Shown here one piece after another: positions 11,120 through 22,034 of a DNA stretch of 64,000 nucleotides. The stretch covers positions 64,001 to 128,000 of the forward strand of contig CAVYXA010000001.1 in assembly GCA_963772365.1 (NCBI GenBank). Reading direction: 5' to 3'. This DNA comes from an uncultured Verrucomicrobiae bacterium. GTDB lineage: Bacteria; Verrucomicrobiota; Verrucomicrobiia; Chthoniobacterales; UBA10450. The position numbers and the translations under genes were made by a program. The notes under the pieces were generated by a model. That model did no database searches. It was given only the letters and a program-made list of their open reading frames with translations, and was not told the DNA's origin. How positions within the stretch are numbered: position 1 is the stretch's first letter; the number at the start of each line of letters is the position of its first letter.

Positions 11120-12562
11120 ATGACCACGGAATCGAGACAAACCAAACCGCAGCTGGTACGCGCGCTGAAACTGCGCGATCTTATCCTGTTTAATCTGGTC
11201 GCCGTTTTGGGTCTCAGGCATCTTGGGACAACGGCGAGATTCGGCCCGGGATCGCTGCTGATGTGGTTGATCGCCGCGGTGTTCTTCTTTATTCCACAAG
11301 GACTGGCTGTGATCGAGCTGTCGTCGCGGTTTCCGAAAGAGGGCGGCATTTATTTCTGGACGAAACGCGCGTTGGGCGAAGGTCATGGGTTTCTGTGCGG
11401 CTGGTGTTACTGGATCAACAATGTCCTCTATTATCCGAACCTGCTGATCTCAGCCGCCGTCATCGCGACCTTCGTCTTCGGGGAAGGCGGGAGCACGCTG
11501 AGTGACAATTGGGCCTATGTGTTGCCGGTAACACTCGGCATTCTGTGGATTGCGACAGTGATGAACATCGTCGGCATGGGCACAGGCAAATGGTTGCAAA
11601 ACGCCGGCGGCATCGGCACGTACATTCCCGGGCTCATTCTGATCTTGCTGGGCGTTTACGGCGTGATGACGGTTCCTTCGGCTAACGAATTCAGTTTGGC
11701 GACCTTGAAGCCCAATCTGAACAACCTCCCGGCTTTGAATCTGCTGGCTTCGATCGCGTTCGCATTCGCGGGGCTCGAGTTAGCATCGACAATGGGCGAC
11801 GAGATCGAAAATCCGCGGCGCAATCTGCCTCGTTCGATCTTCATCTCCGGGCCGTTGATTGCGATAGTCTATATTGTCGGGACGGCCGCGGTGTTGTGGC
11901 GCCTGCCGAATAAGAATGTCAGCGTAGTCTCAGGATTTCTGCAGGCGATCAAGGCCGGCGCCGATCACATTTCGCCGGGGCTCGCGTGGATCGCTCCGCT
12001 CTGTGCCGCGCTTTACACTATCGGCAATCTCGGCAGTGTGGGCGCCTGGCTGATCGGGCCTGCGCGGATGGCGTTCGTGATCGGGCTGGACCGATATTTT
12101 CCGAAAGCATTTGGCGTAGTGCATCCGCGCTGGCATACGCCGTATGTGGCGATTCTCGTTCAGGCGACGCTCGGGACAATATTCTTGTTGGCGTCGGTCC
12201 TGGGGAGGGGAACGAACGTTGAGGATGTTTATCTAATCCTGCTCGACACGCAGATTCTGATTTATTTCGTGCCCTACCTTTATCTGTTCATTATCTTTTT
12301 AATTCATCGCCGACGCGGCGAGAACGCCAGTGACGTCGTGCTCGCGCCTGGCGGATCGATTGGCGCCTGGCTCGCCGGCTTGAGCGGTGTGATCACGACC
12401 TTGTTCGCGATGATTATCGCGACGATTCCTCCGCCCGATCTGGGAGGAAGCGCTCTGGTATTTCGGGTAAAAGTTATTGGCGGGGCACTCGGATTCGTTC
12501 TGATCGGCGGATTGATCTATTGGTACGCTCGTTTGCAGGCAAAATTGCGTAGGCAGAGTTGA
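11120..12562 (+). CDS. APC-family amino acid permease
   Basis: 12-TM pattern, EGGIYFW, FAFAGLE, EIENPRRNLPRSI, HPRWHTPY. Confidence 0.9.
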   Translation: MTTESRQTKPQLVRALKLRDLILFNLVAVLGLRHLGTTARFGPGSLLMWLIAAVFFFIPQGLAVIELSSRFPKEGGIYFWTKRALGEGHGFLCGWCYWINNVLYYPNLLISAAVIATFVFGEGGSTLSDNWAYVLPVTLGILWIATVMNIVGMGTGKWLQNAGGIGTYIPGLILILLGVYGVMTVPSANEFSLATLKPNLNNLPALNLLASIAFAFAGLELASTMGDEIENPRRNLPRSIFISGPLIAIVYIVGTAAVLWRLPNKNVSVVSGFLQAIKAGADHISPGLAWIAPLCAALYTIGNLGSVGAWLIGPARMAFVIGLDRYFPKAFGVVHPRWHTPYVAILVQATLGTIFLLASVLGRGTNVEDVYLILLDTQILIYFVPYLYLFIIFLIHRRRGENASDVVLAPGGSIGAWLAGLSGVITTLFAMIIATIPPPDLGGSALVFRVKVIGGALGFVLIGGLIYWYARLQAKLRRQS

Positions 12563-12594
12563 ATTTTGCGGCATAGGCCTGAAAACAATTCAGT

Positions 12595-12990
12595 ATGAAA
12601 ATCATTAAAGCGGGATCGCAGCCATCCACCAAGGGACCAGCGGATTGGTTTACCGGTACGGTGCGCATCGATCCTTTATTCCAAACCGAAGCACCAGCTC
12701 GCGTTGCAGGCGCCAGTGTCACCTTCGAACCCGGCGCACGAACTGCGTGGCATACACATCCTCTCGGCCAGACGCTCATCATCACTGCAGGTTGCGGACG
12801 CGCGCAACGAGAGGGCGGACCGATCGAAGAGGTCCGTCCGGGCGATGTCGTCTGGTTTTCCCCTAACGAAAGGCATTGGCACGGCGCGGCACGCAAGATA
12901 GCGATGACGCACATCGCGATTCAAGAAGCGCTCGATGGCAAGGTCGTCGATTGGATGGAAAAGGTCACCGACGAACAGTACGAAGGATAG
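12595..12990 (+). CDS. Cupin-domain protein
   Basis: [31 protein letters not shown]. Confidence 0.9.
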   Translation: MKIIKAGSQPSTKGPADWFTGTVRIDPLFQTEAPARVAGASVTFEPGARTAWHTHPLGQTLIITAGCGRAQREGGPIEEVRPGDVVWFSPNERHWHGAARKIAMTHIAIQEALDGKVVDWMEKVTDEQYEG

Positions 12991-13136
12991 AAACCGTGTG
13001 GGCTGGCAGGATATCTAACTCGTCGATCTCTGTCGGCCGGAGGAGTTTCGACTTAAAGCGGATCGAGGCTCTCTTAGTCTCCGGCGCAGCTGATTTCATA
13101 TTTAACGCATCACAACAATCCAGAGCGCGGTCGTCC

Positions 13137-13676
13137 TTATTTATTCACCTTAAAGCCGCCTTTTGCCATAAGATCGATGATGTGTTTGCGAACTGGTTTC
13201 AGTCCCTTTAGGAATGTCGCTGTGTCGTGATATTCTCGGATGGCATATTGCTGCGCCAGCAATCCTCCGCCGTCGCGTTTGGAATACTTAAAGACGTTAA
13301 ATTCGACAAATGACTGGTCGGAAGGCCAGGTGATAAAATCGACAATGACTTCTTTGGTTTTTGGATTTTCTACGACTGCGCTCGGTGCCTCAGGGTTCTG
13401 CTGCTTCAACATCTGAATGAGATTTGCCACTACGGCCTTCGGATCGTTGAGCTTTGGGTATTCGCGAATCGAGGCCAGCTTGGTCCACGATTTAAAATTT
13501 TCTCCGCTGAGAAGGAATTCCTTCACGCTCTCGCTGGCATTCCCGCTCTTCGACGCAAGAATGAGTGTTTGTCCGTCAAAATGAATGGTTTCTCTAGGGA
13601 CGGCGTTGTCTTCTGATCGGGCAATAGTTCCCGTGCAAAACATTACTGCCAATAACGTAGTTAAGTATTTCATCAT
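13137..13676 (-). CDS. Hypothetical secreted protein
   Basis: 179-aa ORF with signal peptide; visibly AT-richer than flanks. Confidence 0.65.
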   Translation of the reverse strand: MMKYLTTLLAVMFCTGTIARSEDNAVPRETIHFDGQTLILASKSGNASESVKEFLLSGENFKSWTKLASIREYPKLNDPKAVVANLIQMLKQQNPEAPSAVVENPKTKEVIVDFITWPSDQSFVEFNVFKYSKRDGGGLLAQQYAIREYHDTATFLKGLKPVRKHIIDLMAKGGFKVNK

Positions 13677-13773
13677 GGTTATTTAGCGTCTAATGGAGCC
13701 GCATCGGTTTACAAGAATGAGGAAACCGATAGCACTCTAACGTGCGATTTAGTTGCAAGCACGAGCGTTCTTT

Positions 13774-15234
13774 ATGGTCGGGAAACGTTTTGAATCGGTG
13801 ATTATTGCGGCGGCGTTCCTAGGGCTTTCGACGCTAAGCGTCATTGCACAACAGCCAACCGCTGCGCCAGCGGCCGCGCCGCCGACGTTGACCACGTTTG
13901 CGCCGGTGGTGGAGAAGGTAATGCCGAGTGTCGTGACCGTGTTTACCACGCAGCACATTAAGTCCCAGATCGGCCAATATCCGTTCTCGGATCAATTGCT
14001 GCGACGATTCTTCGGTTTGCCGACACCGCAGGGACATAGCGGCGGAGGTCAGACACTGCAAGGGCTCGGCTCCGGCGTAATTGTTAGCGCAGATGGATAC
14101 ATTCTGACGGCGAATCACGTAATCGCGAATGCTCAGGAGATCATGGTCGGACTGGGCACGGCTCTGCGGAGATACAAGGCCAAGAAGGTTGGGACCGATC
14201 CGGGCACAGACATTGGTCTGCTCAAGATCGACGAGAACAATCTTCCCGCGATTGAATTTGCTGATAGCGATAAGGCCCGCGCGGGCGATGTGGTATTGGC
14301 CATCGGCAATCCATTCGGATTGCGGCAAACCGTGACGATGGGAATCATCAGCGCAGTTGGACGTGGCGGCATGGGCATTGTCGATTACGAAAATTTTATT
14401 CAGACCGATGCCGCCATTAACATGGGCAACTCCGGCGGAGCGCTAGTGGATACGGAGGGAAGGCTGCTCGGAATCAACACCGCGATTTTCAGCCGGAGCG
14501 GTGGGAATCAGGGAATTGGCTTCGCCGTTCCATCGACGCTCGCTCGTCAGATCATGGAGAGCTTGAAGAGGACCGGCCGGGTGGTTCGCGGTTACATTGG
14601 TGTTTCGGTGCAAACGCTGACTCCTGATCTCGCAGACGCGATGAAGCTGGGGCAGAACGTGACGGGTGCATTGGTGGGAGAAGTCGTGGCGGATACTCCG
14701 GCGAAGAAAGCCGGGCTTAAGACAGGAGATGTGATCACGGCAGTAAACGGCAAGAATATTACCGATGCGCGGGAATTGCGGTTAATGGTCGGTTCGTTGC
14801 CGCCGGGCACGAAAGTGAAACTGGATGTGAACCGGGGGGGCGAAAAGAAAACGCTCGAAGTCGAGCTGGCGGAGATGCCGGCGAAAGAAGCCGCAGCACA
14901 ATCAATGATCTCGCCGCAACAAGGCACGCAACCAGGGGAATTGAGTGCTCTCAATGGAGTCACGGTGGGCGATCTGACTCACGACATTCGCGATTCCCTG
15001 AATATCCCGGCAAACGTTGAAGGAGCAGTCATCATGGAGGTCGAGTCCGGCTCAGCCGCTGCGCAGGCCGGATTGCGCGCCGGTGACGTGATCCAGGAAG
15101 TCAACAAACAACAAATCACGAGCGCGAATCAGCTCGTTAGCATCGACAAAGGATTGAAGCCGAATCAGAAAATTCTTCTGCGGGTGTGGAGTCATGGTCG
15201 GAGCGGTTACGTGGCGTTAAATCCGCAGCCGTAA
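13774..15234 (+). CDS. degP: DegP/Do-family serine protease with two PDZ domains
   Basis: GLGSGVI, TANHV, TDIG, IQTDAAINMGNSGG; tandem PDZ. Confidence 0.92.
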   Translation: MVGKRFESVIIAAAFLGLSTLSVIAQQPTAAPAAAPPTLTTFAPVVEKVMPSVVTVFTTQHIKSQIGQYPFSDQLLRRFFGLPTPQGHSGGGQTLQGLGSGVIVSADGYILTANHVIANAQEIMVGLGTALRRYKAKKVGTDPGTDIGLLKIDENNLPAIEFADSDKARAGDVVLAIGNPFGLRQTVTMGIISAVGRGGMGIVDYENFIQTDAAINMGNSGGALVDTEGRLLGINTAIFSRSGGNQGIGFAVPSTLARQIMESLKRTGRVVRGYIGVSVQTLTPDLADAMKLGQNVTGALVGEVVADTPAKKAGLKTGDVITAVNGKNITDARELRLMVGSLPPGTKVKLDVNRGGEKKTLEVELAEMPAKEAAAQSMISPQQGTQPGELSALNGVTVGDLTHDIRDSLNIPANVEGAVIMEVESGSAAAQAGLRAGDVIQEVNKQQITSANQLVSIDKGLKPNQKILLRVWSHGRSGYVALNPQP

Positions 15235-15253
15235 ACCTTGCCGGGGAGCCGTT

Positions 15254-15784
15254 ATGAAAATCATTTTTACCATTCTGGTAGTTCTCTTTATCGAAGCCGT
15301 CGCTTGGACCGCTTACGTCTGGAGCGGTGGCTACAACGTAAGCATGTCCAACCACGATAATGCTGTGATCAACTGGTACTTCGACAAAGGCACCACGCGT
15401 TCCCTCAAACAGCACGCCAGCGGGATCAAGGTCCCGCCGCTGGATAAGCTCGAAATGCTCCAGACCGGTGCGGCACATTTCCAGGAGATGTGCGCGCAAT
15501 GCCATGGCGCGCCTGGGAAAGAACCGGATGAAATTGCGAAGGGGCTTTGGCCGAAAGCGCCCGATCTGGGAAAAGCAGCTCCGCATTGGAGCGCTGCTCA
15601 ACTTTTCTGGATCACAAAACACGGGATTAAGTTCTCCGCCATGCCCGCGTGGGGACCAACGCACAGTGACGACAAAATCTGGGATATCATCGCGTTTTTA
15701 AGAAAACTGCCGAATCTTTCCCCGACGGAATATCAGCAGCTTCAGGCTAATGCGCCTCCTGAGCAGGAAGGTTCTGGCGAATAG
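15254..15784 (+). CDS. c-type cytochrome
   Basis: CAQCH heme motif, HGIKFSAMPAWG. Confidence 0.85.
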   Translation: MKIIFTILVVLFIEAVAWTAYVWSGGYNVSMSNHDNAVINWYFDKGTTRSLKQHASGIKVPPLDKLEMLQTGAAHFQEMCAQCHGAPGKEPDEIAKGLWPKAPDLGKAAPHWSAAQLFWITKHGIKFSAMPAWGPTHSDDKIWDIIAFLRKLPNLSPTEYQQLQANAPPEQEGSGE

Positions 15785-15998
15785 ACTGGCCCATGGGCTG
15801 AGTTGTTGCCGCGGCGGATTTTTTTGTCGCGAAAATAAGATGCGCATTCGCCACGCTTGATAAGTCGAGCGTCTTCAGATCATTCCGAAGGAACATTCCA
15901 TTGCTTCTGAATTGCGAGTGATCTTGCGGGCTTATCGCAGCTGTGGTGAAGAAAACCGAAGAGGTTTCCGGCTGCGATTTCATTGATAGGAGGTCGAT

Positions 15999-16595
15999 AT
16001 GCAAAAGCAATTAATCGACGAATACAATATCCTCCAGGAACATCGGAGCTGGGCAGAACGTGGGATCGAAGACCGCGACGTGTCGCAGTTGAAATTGATT
16101 CTGCAGGAAGCGCGGGATTTTCTGGATCGCTGGCAGGGAAAAAGTGGCGAGCCGCAAATTGAACAGAAGCTGATCGAACTGCGCGAAAACAACCGGCGGG
16201 TCGCCGCAGTCTTACAGGGCTGGTTTCTGGAAACGCTATACGATTTAATCGGCAAGCGGATCGACTGGCTCGTTCAGGAGGAGCGATTTCGGTTTAGTGT
16301 GGAGTTTATTCAAGTGACTGTGAACGCGCCATCCGATCTGCGACCAGAACTGGAAGACGTCTTTCAGGAAAGCGCAGGACGCGATTTCGATCCCGAACGG
16401 CTTTACCGGGAATCCGAAGCCGCCGCGGAATGTACCGAAAAAGAATTCAAGAAAGCTCTGGCTACACTGGAAGTGGATTGGCCAGAGCGCGTGAATGAGC
16501 GACTACATCGCCGTCTGAGCGCAACCGATCTGCGACAGCTCGAATCCTGGATGAACGGAATCAAAGAACACGCCACGCACTTGGGTCGAATCTGA
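15999..16595 (+). CDS. Hypothetical helical protein
   Basis: 198-aa ORF with AGGAGG RBS. Confidence 0.6.
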   Translation: MQKQLIDEYNILQEHRSWAERGIEDRDVSQLKLILQEARDFLDRWQGKSGEPQIEQKLIELRENNRRVAAVLQGWFLETLYDLIGKRIDWLVQEERFRFSVEFIQVTVNAPSDLRPELEDVFQESAGRDFDPERLYRESEAAAECTEKEFKKALATLEVDWPERVNERLHRRLSATDLRQLESWMNGIKEHATHLGRI

Positions 16596-16652
16596 TTCCG
16601 TGAGACGTGCTGCGTGAAATCGTGCGAGATTGTCGATGTTGCGCAGCGATTC

Positions 16653-16898
16653 TCATCGCTCCGCCGCCGCTGCCGGTCTCAGATAATCGAAATACTGAGT
16701 ATCGAATGAACGAAGCGCGTCCTCGATGCTTGCGCCGAAACCGGCAATTCCGCTTTTCAAATTTGGCCCGAGCAGCGCGACCCATGTCCGTCCCCGCTTT
16801 AGCAGACGCGGCCGCCGCACGGCAGCCGGGCTGCCGGGGTGAGATTCGCAATAACTCTCCAGTGATTGCAACGCCGCGATCTGTTGTGTGGTGCTCAT
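16653..16898 (-). CDS. Small hypothetical protein
   Basis: Protein-like composition (HPGSPAAVRRP..WVALLG..GIAGFG..ALRSFD). Confidence 0.55.
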   Translation of the reverse strand: MSTTQQIAALQSLESYCESHPGSPAAVRRPRLLKRGRTWVALLGPNLKSGIAGFGASIEDALRSFDTQYFDYLRPAAAAER

Positions 16899-17105
16899 TC
16901 GTCCGCAAACCTGCGCTCATCATGGCGTGCTGCGATTCCTGACACAATCGGTCGCGACTCTGATGGGAATGTAAGCGAAAACCGTATAGCGAAATGAAAT
17001 TGCCCGCTTTGTGGGCCTCTGTTTATGTGCTGTCGCGCGCGAGCTGCCTTGCAAGCGCTTGCTTGCAAAAGCGCAGGTTTCTCGCGAACGTTGTTAGCAG
17101 CACTT

Positions 17106-17474
17106 CTAGGCCGTGACGGGCTCTCTGGTGGTAGCAGCATTCGCCCAGGCAGTGATGATGATAATGATGCCTAGGATGACGTTGTTCCAGAGAGCGACCC
17201 CGTTGGCGAACGCCAGCACAAATGGCGAAATAATCAGCCAGATGCCTAAAAGCACGTTCATCCAACTCCAACCCGGTTGTTGAGGCGTGCCGGCACGGAT
17301 GATTGCCAGAATGCCAACGAGTGCGCCGGTAGCGACGTTATTCCACATCGCCCGCGGGAACTGAGCAAATGCCAGTACAAAGGGTGAAACAATTACCCAA
17401 ATGCCCAGCACAATGTTAATCCAGCTGGCTCCCCCGGAACTCTGTCGCGGCATGGTGCTTTGTCGAGGTTCCAT
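17106..17474 (-). CDS. SPW-repeat membrane protein
   Basis: Two W..LGIW..SPFVLAF repeats; strong RBS before ATG 17474. Confidence 0.8.
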   Translation of the reverse strand: MEPRQSTMPRQSSGGASWINIVLGIWVIVSPFVLAFAQFPRAMWNNVATGALVGILAIIRAGTPQQPGWSWMNVLLGIWLIISPFVLAFANGVALWNNVILGIIIIITAWANAATTREPVTA

Positions 17475-17696
17475 AGTCCTTTCCTCCTTCCCTAATTGCG
17501 CGAGAACGGAAATGTTCCCGCTCATATATACTTCGCACGAGGTGGGCTTTTTCGACCTATTTATTAACATCTGGCGGCTCATTCTTTACGGCCGCGAATG
17601 CAGCGCGTTCCACGATCGCTTCTCTCGTAGCGCTTCAGCTGTTACTCGTAACTATTTTCAATCCAAGGACCCCGCGGCACACGTTTATGGAGTACT

Positions 17697-18215
17697 ATGA
17701 AGACAACCCATTTTGCATTTATTGCTGCAGTTACCGCTTTATCTCTTTTTCTAATTCAACCCGCCTGCGCGGCAGAGAACAAGGCGGCTTCCAAAGATGC
17801 CAACTTCATCAAGAAGGTGGCGGACGCCAACATGACTGAGATCAAGCTGGCGAATCTGGCAAAGGACAACGGACAGAAACAAGAAGTTAAGGACTTTGCC
17901 GACCGGATGATCAAGGATCACACTAATGCCGGGGACCAGCTCAAGCCGATCGCGCAGAAGTTAAACGTGGATATTCCCGACACGGTGAGTGCGGAACATC
18001 AGCAGACCATTGACAAATTGTCGAAGTTGAAAGGCGACGAGTTCGACAAGGCCTACGCGAGCGCGATGGTGAAAGACCACAAAAAAGTTGTCTCAATGTT
18101 TGAGAAAAATAAGGACCAACTCCAAGACAAGGACCTGAAAGAATTTGACGAGCAAACGCTCCCAACTTTAAAGGAACACCTCGAGCTGGCGAAAAAATTG
18201 GAGCCGTCGAAGTAA
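17697..18215 (+). CDS. DUF4142-domain (ferritin-like) secreted protein
   Basis: VKDFADRMIKDH, FDKAY..MVKDH, TLPTLKEHLELAK. Confidence 0.85.
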   Translation: MKTTHFAFIAAVTALSLFLIQPACAAENKAASKDANFIKKVADANMTEIKLANLAKDNGQKQEVKDFADRMIKDHTNAGDQLKPIAQKLNVDIPDTVSAEHQQTIDKLSKLKGDEFDKAYASAMVKDHKKVVSMFEKNKDQLQDKDLKEFDEQTLPTLKEHLELAKKLEPSK

Positions 18216-18243
18216 ACTTCCAACGACGGAGGATAGGGATTGT

Positions 18244-18309
18244 AATTGTAGGGCGGGCGCGTCGCCTGCCCGCACTCGGACGGCAGGCGATGCGCCCTGC
18301 CCTACAATT
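18244..18309. repeat. GTAG-type REP doublet (REPIN-like) between convergent genes
   Basis: aattgtagggcgggcgcgtcgcctgcc...ggcaggcgatgcgccctgccctacaatt. Confidence 0.75.
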
Positions 18310-18346
18310 CGTTTCCCTGTTTCAGCGCGATCGTGGCGCATCCCCT

Positions 18347-19012
18347 TTAGGGTGAGGCCGACGGCGAAGGAATCTGGCTTGGTGTTGGTGAGGCCGAAGG
18401 TTCAGGGCTGGGTGTCGGCGTAGGTGCAGGTGTGAGCTCGCGTGGCTCGACGCGCGATAAGCTGGATGCCATTTGATCTGCTAATCGCCCTAACAGATCG
18501 CTCATTGTCGATGCTGTTGCATCCGCAGTCGCGGCAGCGGCGGCGCTGAACTTGAATTGGCGGTCTAATAGCGCGGTGTTTGTGCCCTGCTTGACCAAGC
18601 TCCAACCGCCACTGAGTCTCACGGTTCCGTCAGCCTTGGGTCCAAAATGTGTAATTGTGACGACCAGGGTAGCAGTATCGGGCGGAGCGGGCGATTCAGG
18701 GAGAATAACGCGGTCCTTTTCCAGACGGTTCATTAGATCTTGAGCGAGAACGTTGCGGGTCATTTCATCGAGAGCGGCAAGCCAGCGGTCCGTCTCACTG
18801 AGCTTGACTGTATTTTCACTGGTCATCCTGACCATTTGTTTTCTGTCGAGAGACGGAGGTAAATGGACGGCGACTAATTGCACCGGAAACGAAATGGAAC
18901 GCCGGCCGGTTTCACCCGCGGCGCTCAAGGTGTAGAAATGCGTCTTCGGGCTCGAGCCGCAACCGGTCAGGAGTAGGATCGACAAAAGCGCGATTTCCTT
19001 TTGCATAATCAA
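18347..19012 (-). CDS. pqiC: PqiC-family lipoprotein
   Basis: Lipobox LTGC, FYTL, LPPSLDR, DRWLAAL; third gene of pqi operon. Confidence 0.8.
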   Translation of the reverse strand: MIMQKEIALLSILLLTGCGSSPKTHFYTLSAAGETGRRSISFPVQLVAVHLPPSLDRKQMVRMTSENTVKLSETDRWLAALDEMTRNVLAQDLMNRLEKDRVILPESPAPPDTATLVVTITHFGPKADGTVRLSGGWSLVKQGTNTALLDRQFKFSAAAAATADATASTMSDLLGRLADQMASSLSRVEPRELTPAPTPTPSPEPSASPTPSQIPSPSASP

Positions 19013-20313
19013 TCTCCAGATCTGCCTTTTATCAGGGCTTCGGGGTGTCGATCGAGATAATCAGCCAGCGAACGGATCGAACGAGCGGCTTCCTTCACTT
19101 CTTGAAGTGTATCGTTCAATCCGGTCTGAGCAGGCGCACCGCCCAATACTTTGTCCGCGCCTTGAGCGGCTTGATCGAGTTGCGCGGCGGTATTGCGCAA
19201 ATCCGCCACGAGCTTGTCCACTTTGGGTGACACATCTTTGAGAAGCCCGTGGAGTTCCTCGAGCGAACCATCGAGCTGGACGACCGCGTCCTTCAAATGT
19301 CCGGACGAAACGATTTGATCGACATTTTTTGTGATATCCAAAAGGTTTTGCCCGATCTGCTTGAGCGGAATGCTTTTGACCCGATCCAGAATAGTGTCGA
19401 GACCGCCGCCCGGCGCGGTGGGAATTTCGGGCATGTTGTTAACAATTTTCAGAGTTGCGTGCGGTGCGCCGGGGATGACTTCGAGTGAGAGTTGATAAGC
19501 TCCGATCAATGATGGTTCGCGGGCCAGCCGTGCCCGCAGGCCTTCTTCAATCAACTGGTTCATCACCGCGCGCATCTCATCGGCTGCATTGGGGAGATTC
19601 GGATTGTCGATGTGAAGCAGCTTTGGATACAGCGCGAGCGTTATTGGCGTCAGGATCGCGCCGGTTTTCACGTCAAAATGAAACCCGATCTGTTTGATCT
19701 CCCCGACGGTGAAACCGCGCACCTTCACGGGATCGCCTTCGGATAAATCGCCGACGGCATCATCAAATGAAACCATAAACAAGACCGGCGTCCCGCGATC
19801 GACGGGAAGAGGTTTGTGCGTCACTCCCTGGAAATGCTTGGTCTCTTTGCCAGGGCCGGGCTGCATCTCAAGTTTCGGCCCGCCGAGGATCGAGCCGAGC
19901 GACGAGAGATTGCCCAGGCTTACATTTGTGCCCTTGAGCCAAAAGATCGTGCCTGTCTTAAGAAACTTGGAAGCACTATCGTTGATCGTGGCTTTTACGT
20001 CCACGCTGTTCCCATCTTTCGCGAGGGAGACGTCGCTCACTTTGCCGACGGTCATACCAAGATACATAATGTCGGTGTCTTTTGGATCGATCCCGTAAAC
20101 CTTCGGGAAGTTGATCGTGATATCAGTGCCGCCCTGAGTGAGGAACCGAACCAGGAGCCAAATTCCGATCCCCAGCGCAGCAATCGGCACCGCCCAAATC
20201 CAGCCCGGCCACCACGTCTTGCGTTTGGGCGCTTCCGAACCAGATGTCCGCTTCTGTTCGGCATTAGCCTCTTTCTTTTCCTGGTCGCCTTGCTGTTGAT
20301 CTTCGTCGCTCAC
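19009..20313 (-). CDS. pqiB: PqiB/MCE-domain protein
   Basis: WIWAVP, two MlaD/MCE domains, LADYLDRHPEALIKGR; GTG 20313 overlaps pqiA stop. Confidence 0.85.
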   Translation of the reverse strand: MSDEDQQQGDQEKKEANAEQKRTSGSEAPKRKTWWPGWIWAVPIAALGIGIWLLVRFLTQGGTDITINFPKVYGIDPKDTDIMYLGMTVGKVSDVSLAKDGNSVDVKATINDSASKFLKTGTIFWLKGTNVSLGNLSSLGSILGGPKLEMQPGPGKETKHFQGVTHKPLPVDRGTPVLFMVSFDDAVGDLSEGDPVKVRGFTVGEIKQIGFHFDVKTGAILTPITLALYPKLLHIDNPNLPNAADEMRAVMNQLIEEGLRARLAREPSLIGAYQLSLEVIPGAPHATLKIVNNMPEIPTAPGGGLDTILDRVKSIPLKQIGQNLLDITKNVDQIVSSGHLKDAVVQLDGSLEELHGLLKDVSPKVDKLVADLRNTAAQLDQAAQGADKVLGGAPAQTGLNDTLQEVKEAARSIRSLADYLDRHPEALIKGRSGD

Positions 20314-21518
20314 GATTTTCTCCTCTCGGCCGCATCCCACATCAAGCGCGGGTCGAACGACATTGATGCCAGGAGGGTGAGCACCACCACGAGAATGAAT
20401 GCGGTCGATCCCCAACCTGCTTTGGAAGACGCGAACGATCCAAAGGTCATCAGCGGTACAAAAACCACGATGATAAAGGGATCGACGTTGGACCATCGCC
20501 CGATCTCGTTGATGAAACGGTAAAACTTTGTCTTGGCGACCAGATGTTTGTCCGATTTTCGCCAGACCGAGCCAATGAACCAGGCCATGCCGAAAATCTT
20601 CACGGCCGGTATGCTAATGCTGGTGCAAAAAATAATCACGCCTAACGGCCAGAGTCCCGCCTTGAACAATTCGCGCACGCCCTGAAAAATCGTGTAATTC
20701 ACTGTGCTGCCCATCTGGAGCGTGGTATTCATCGGAAGAATGTTGGCCGGGAAAAAGAGAACGAACGCGGCTGCGGTGAGCGCAGTGGCCCGCATGAGGG
20801 CGAATGGTTTTCGCGTGTAGAGACGAGCGCGGCAGCGCGGGCAACGGTTCCCTTCGCAATCGATCGGTTGAATCAAATCGCACACGGTGCAGGAGAGCGT
20901 CTCGGTCTCTTCCGAAACATCCACTTCCGGCGCGATAGCCCGCCAGACCGAGCGCCTGTCGATGCATGCGCGAGTGATCATTGCCAGAAAGGCTGCCACC
21001 AGAAAAACGTAGCCGCCGGATCCGATCATCACCTTCATGTGCGGCGCATGAATTAACCGGAAATAGCCCACGAACGCGCCTAACAAAAACACATCCGGCA
21101 TTGCCCAGGTATCGAGCCAGAGCGACCAGCGATAACCTGTTCCGATCCAACGTGACTGATAACCAAATCGGATCGCCCCGAGAACAGCCGATAACAGTCC
21201 AAAGCGGAAAAACGGCAACACAACGGCGAAAGCCCAAACCAGCGCCGCCAGAAGAAGCCAACCGTTTCCCCAAAGTACCTTCGCGCCGGTCGAGAGCCGC
21301 GACTGATTATGCATTCCGAAAATGTGGACAGCCAGAAAGAGCAGGAGATTGGCGGGGAACAGGAGAAAAAATGTCCCGAGCGCACAGGCCAGCCCGGCCG
21401 TGAGACTCCGCCCGCTGGTCCTTTCCAAATAGGCGCCGCAGAGCCGGCATTCGGCGAAATCGCCCGGATGCAAAGATGGCAATTGTTCCATCAAACCGCA
21501 ATCCGGACAGGCAATCAT
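20310..21518 (-). CDS. pqiA: Paraquat-inducible protein A (tandem PqiA domains)
   Basis: CPDC..CRLC and CTVC..CPRC, WAMPDVF, RWSNVD, FDPRLMWD. Confidence 0.9.
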   Translation of the reverse strand: MIACPDCGLMEQLPSLHPGDFAECRLCGAYLERTSGRSLTAGLACALGTFFLLFPANLLLFLAVHIFGMHNQSRLSTGAKVLWGNGWLLLAALVWAFAVVLPFFRFGLLSAVLGAIRFGYQSRWIGTGYRWSLWLDTWAMPDVFLLGAFVGYFRLIHAPHMKVMIGSGGYVFLVAAFLAMITRACIDRRSVWRAIAPEVDVSEETETLSCTVCDLIQPIDCEGNRCPRCRARLYTRKPFALMRATALTAAAFVLFFPANILPMNTTLQMGSTVNYTIFQGVRELFKAGLWPLGVIIFCTSISIPAVKIFGMAWFIGSVWRKSDKHLVAKTKFYRFINEIGRWSNVDPFIIVVFVPLMTFGSFASSKAGWGSTAFILVVVLTLLASMSFDPRLMWDAAERRKS

Positions 21519-22034
21519 GGCCGTAATGCTGAGCTGATTAGAGCAGGGCTGGCCTTCATGAAGCTGCTTTGCGTGTGGAGCTTATCGTCATCCATACGCA
21601 AACAATTTCGCATGCCGAAGGCAGCCCGAGCGCCACATTGTGAAGGATGATTCTCGGCGGCGAGGTGGAACGGAATCTCCGCGCGCGTTGCTCACTTGTT
21701 TTTCAGTTCCATGGACTGGCGGGAGCATCTTCCGCCGGATCAATTTGCTTTTTCCCGACCGAGCCCCCGCCCCGACTTCATGGTGTTCTCCTCGCCATCG
21801 GATCTGCACTACCGTTCATGCAATTTTTTCCAACGCTGAGCTGCTTCCAAAACAGCACGACCACGAATTGTCGATCAGACGTTTCGCCGCGAAGAACCGA
21901 CTTGCTGTGGAATTCTATGATGTCGGGTTAGTCGCGATGTCCCAAAACGCGATCGAGCCGTTTCGAATCGGCGCCGAAAGGGAAAGTAATCGGGTTGTCT
22001 CCGAAAATTCGGGATTGGGAAAATTTCCCGAAGT

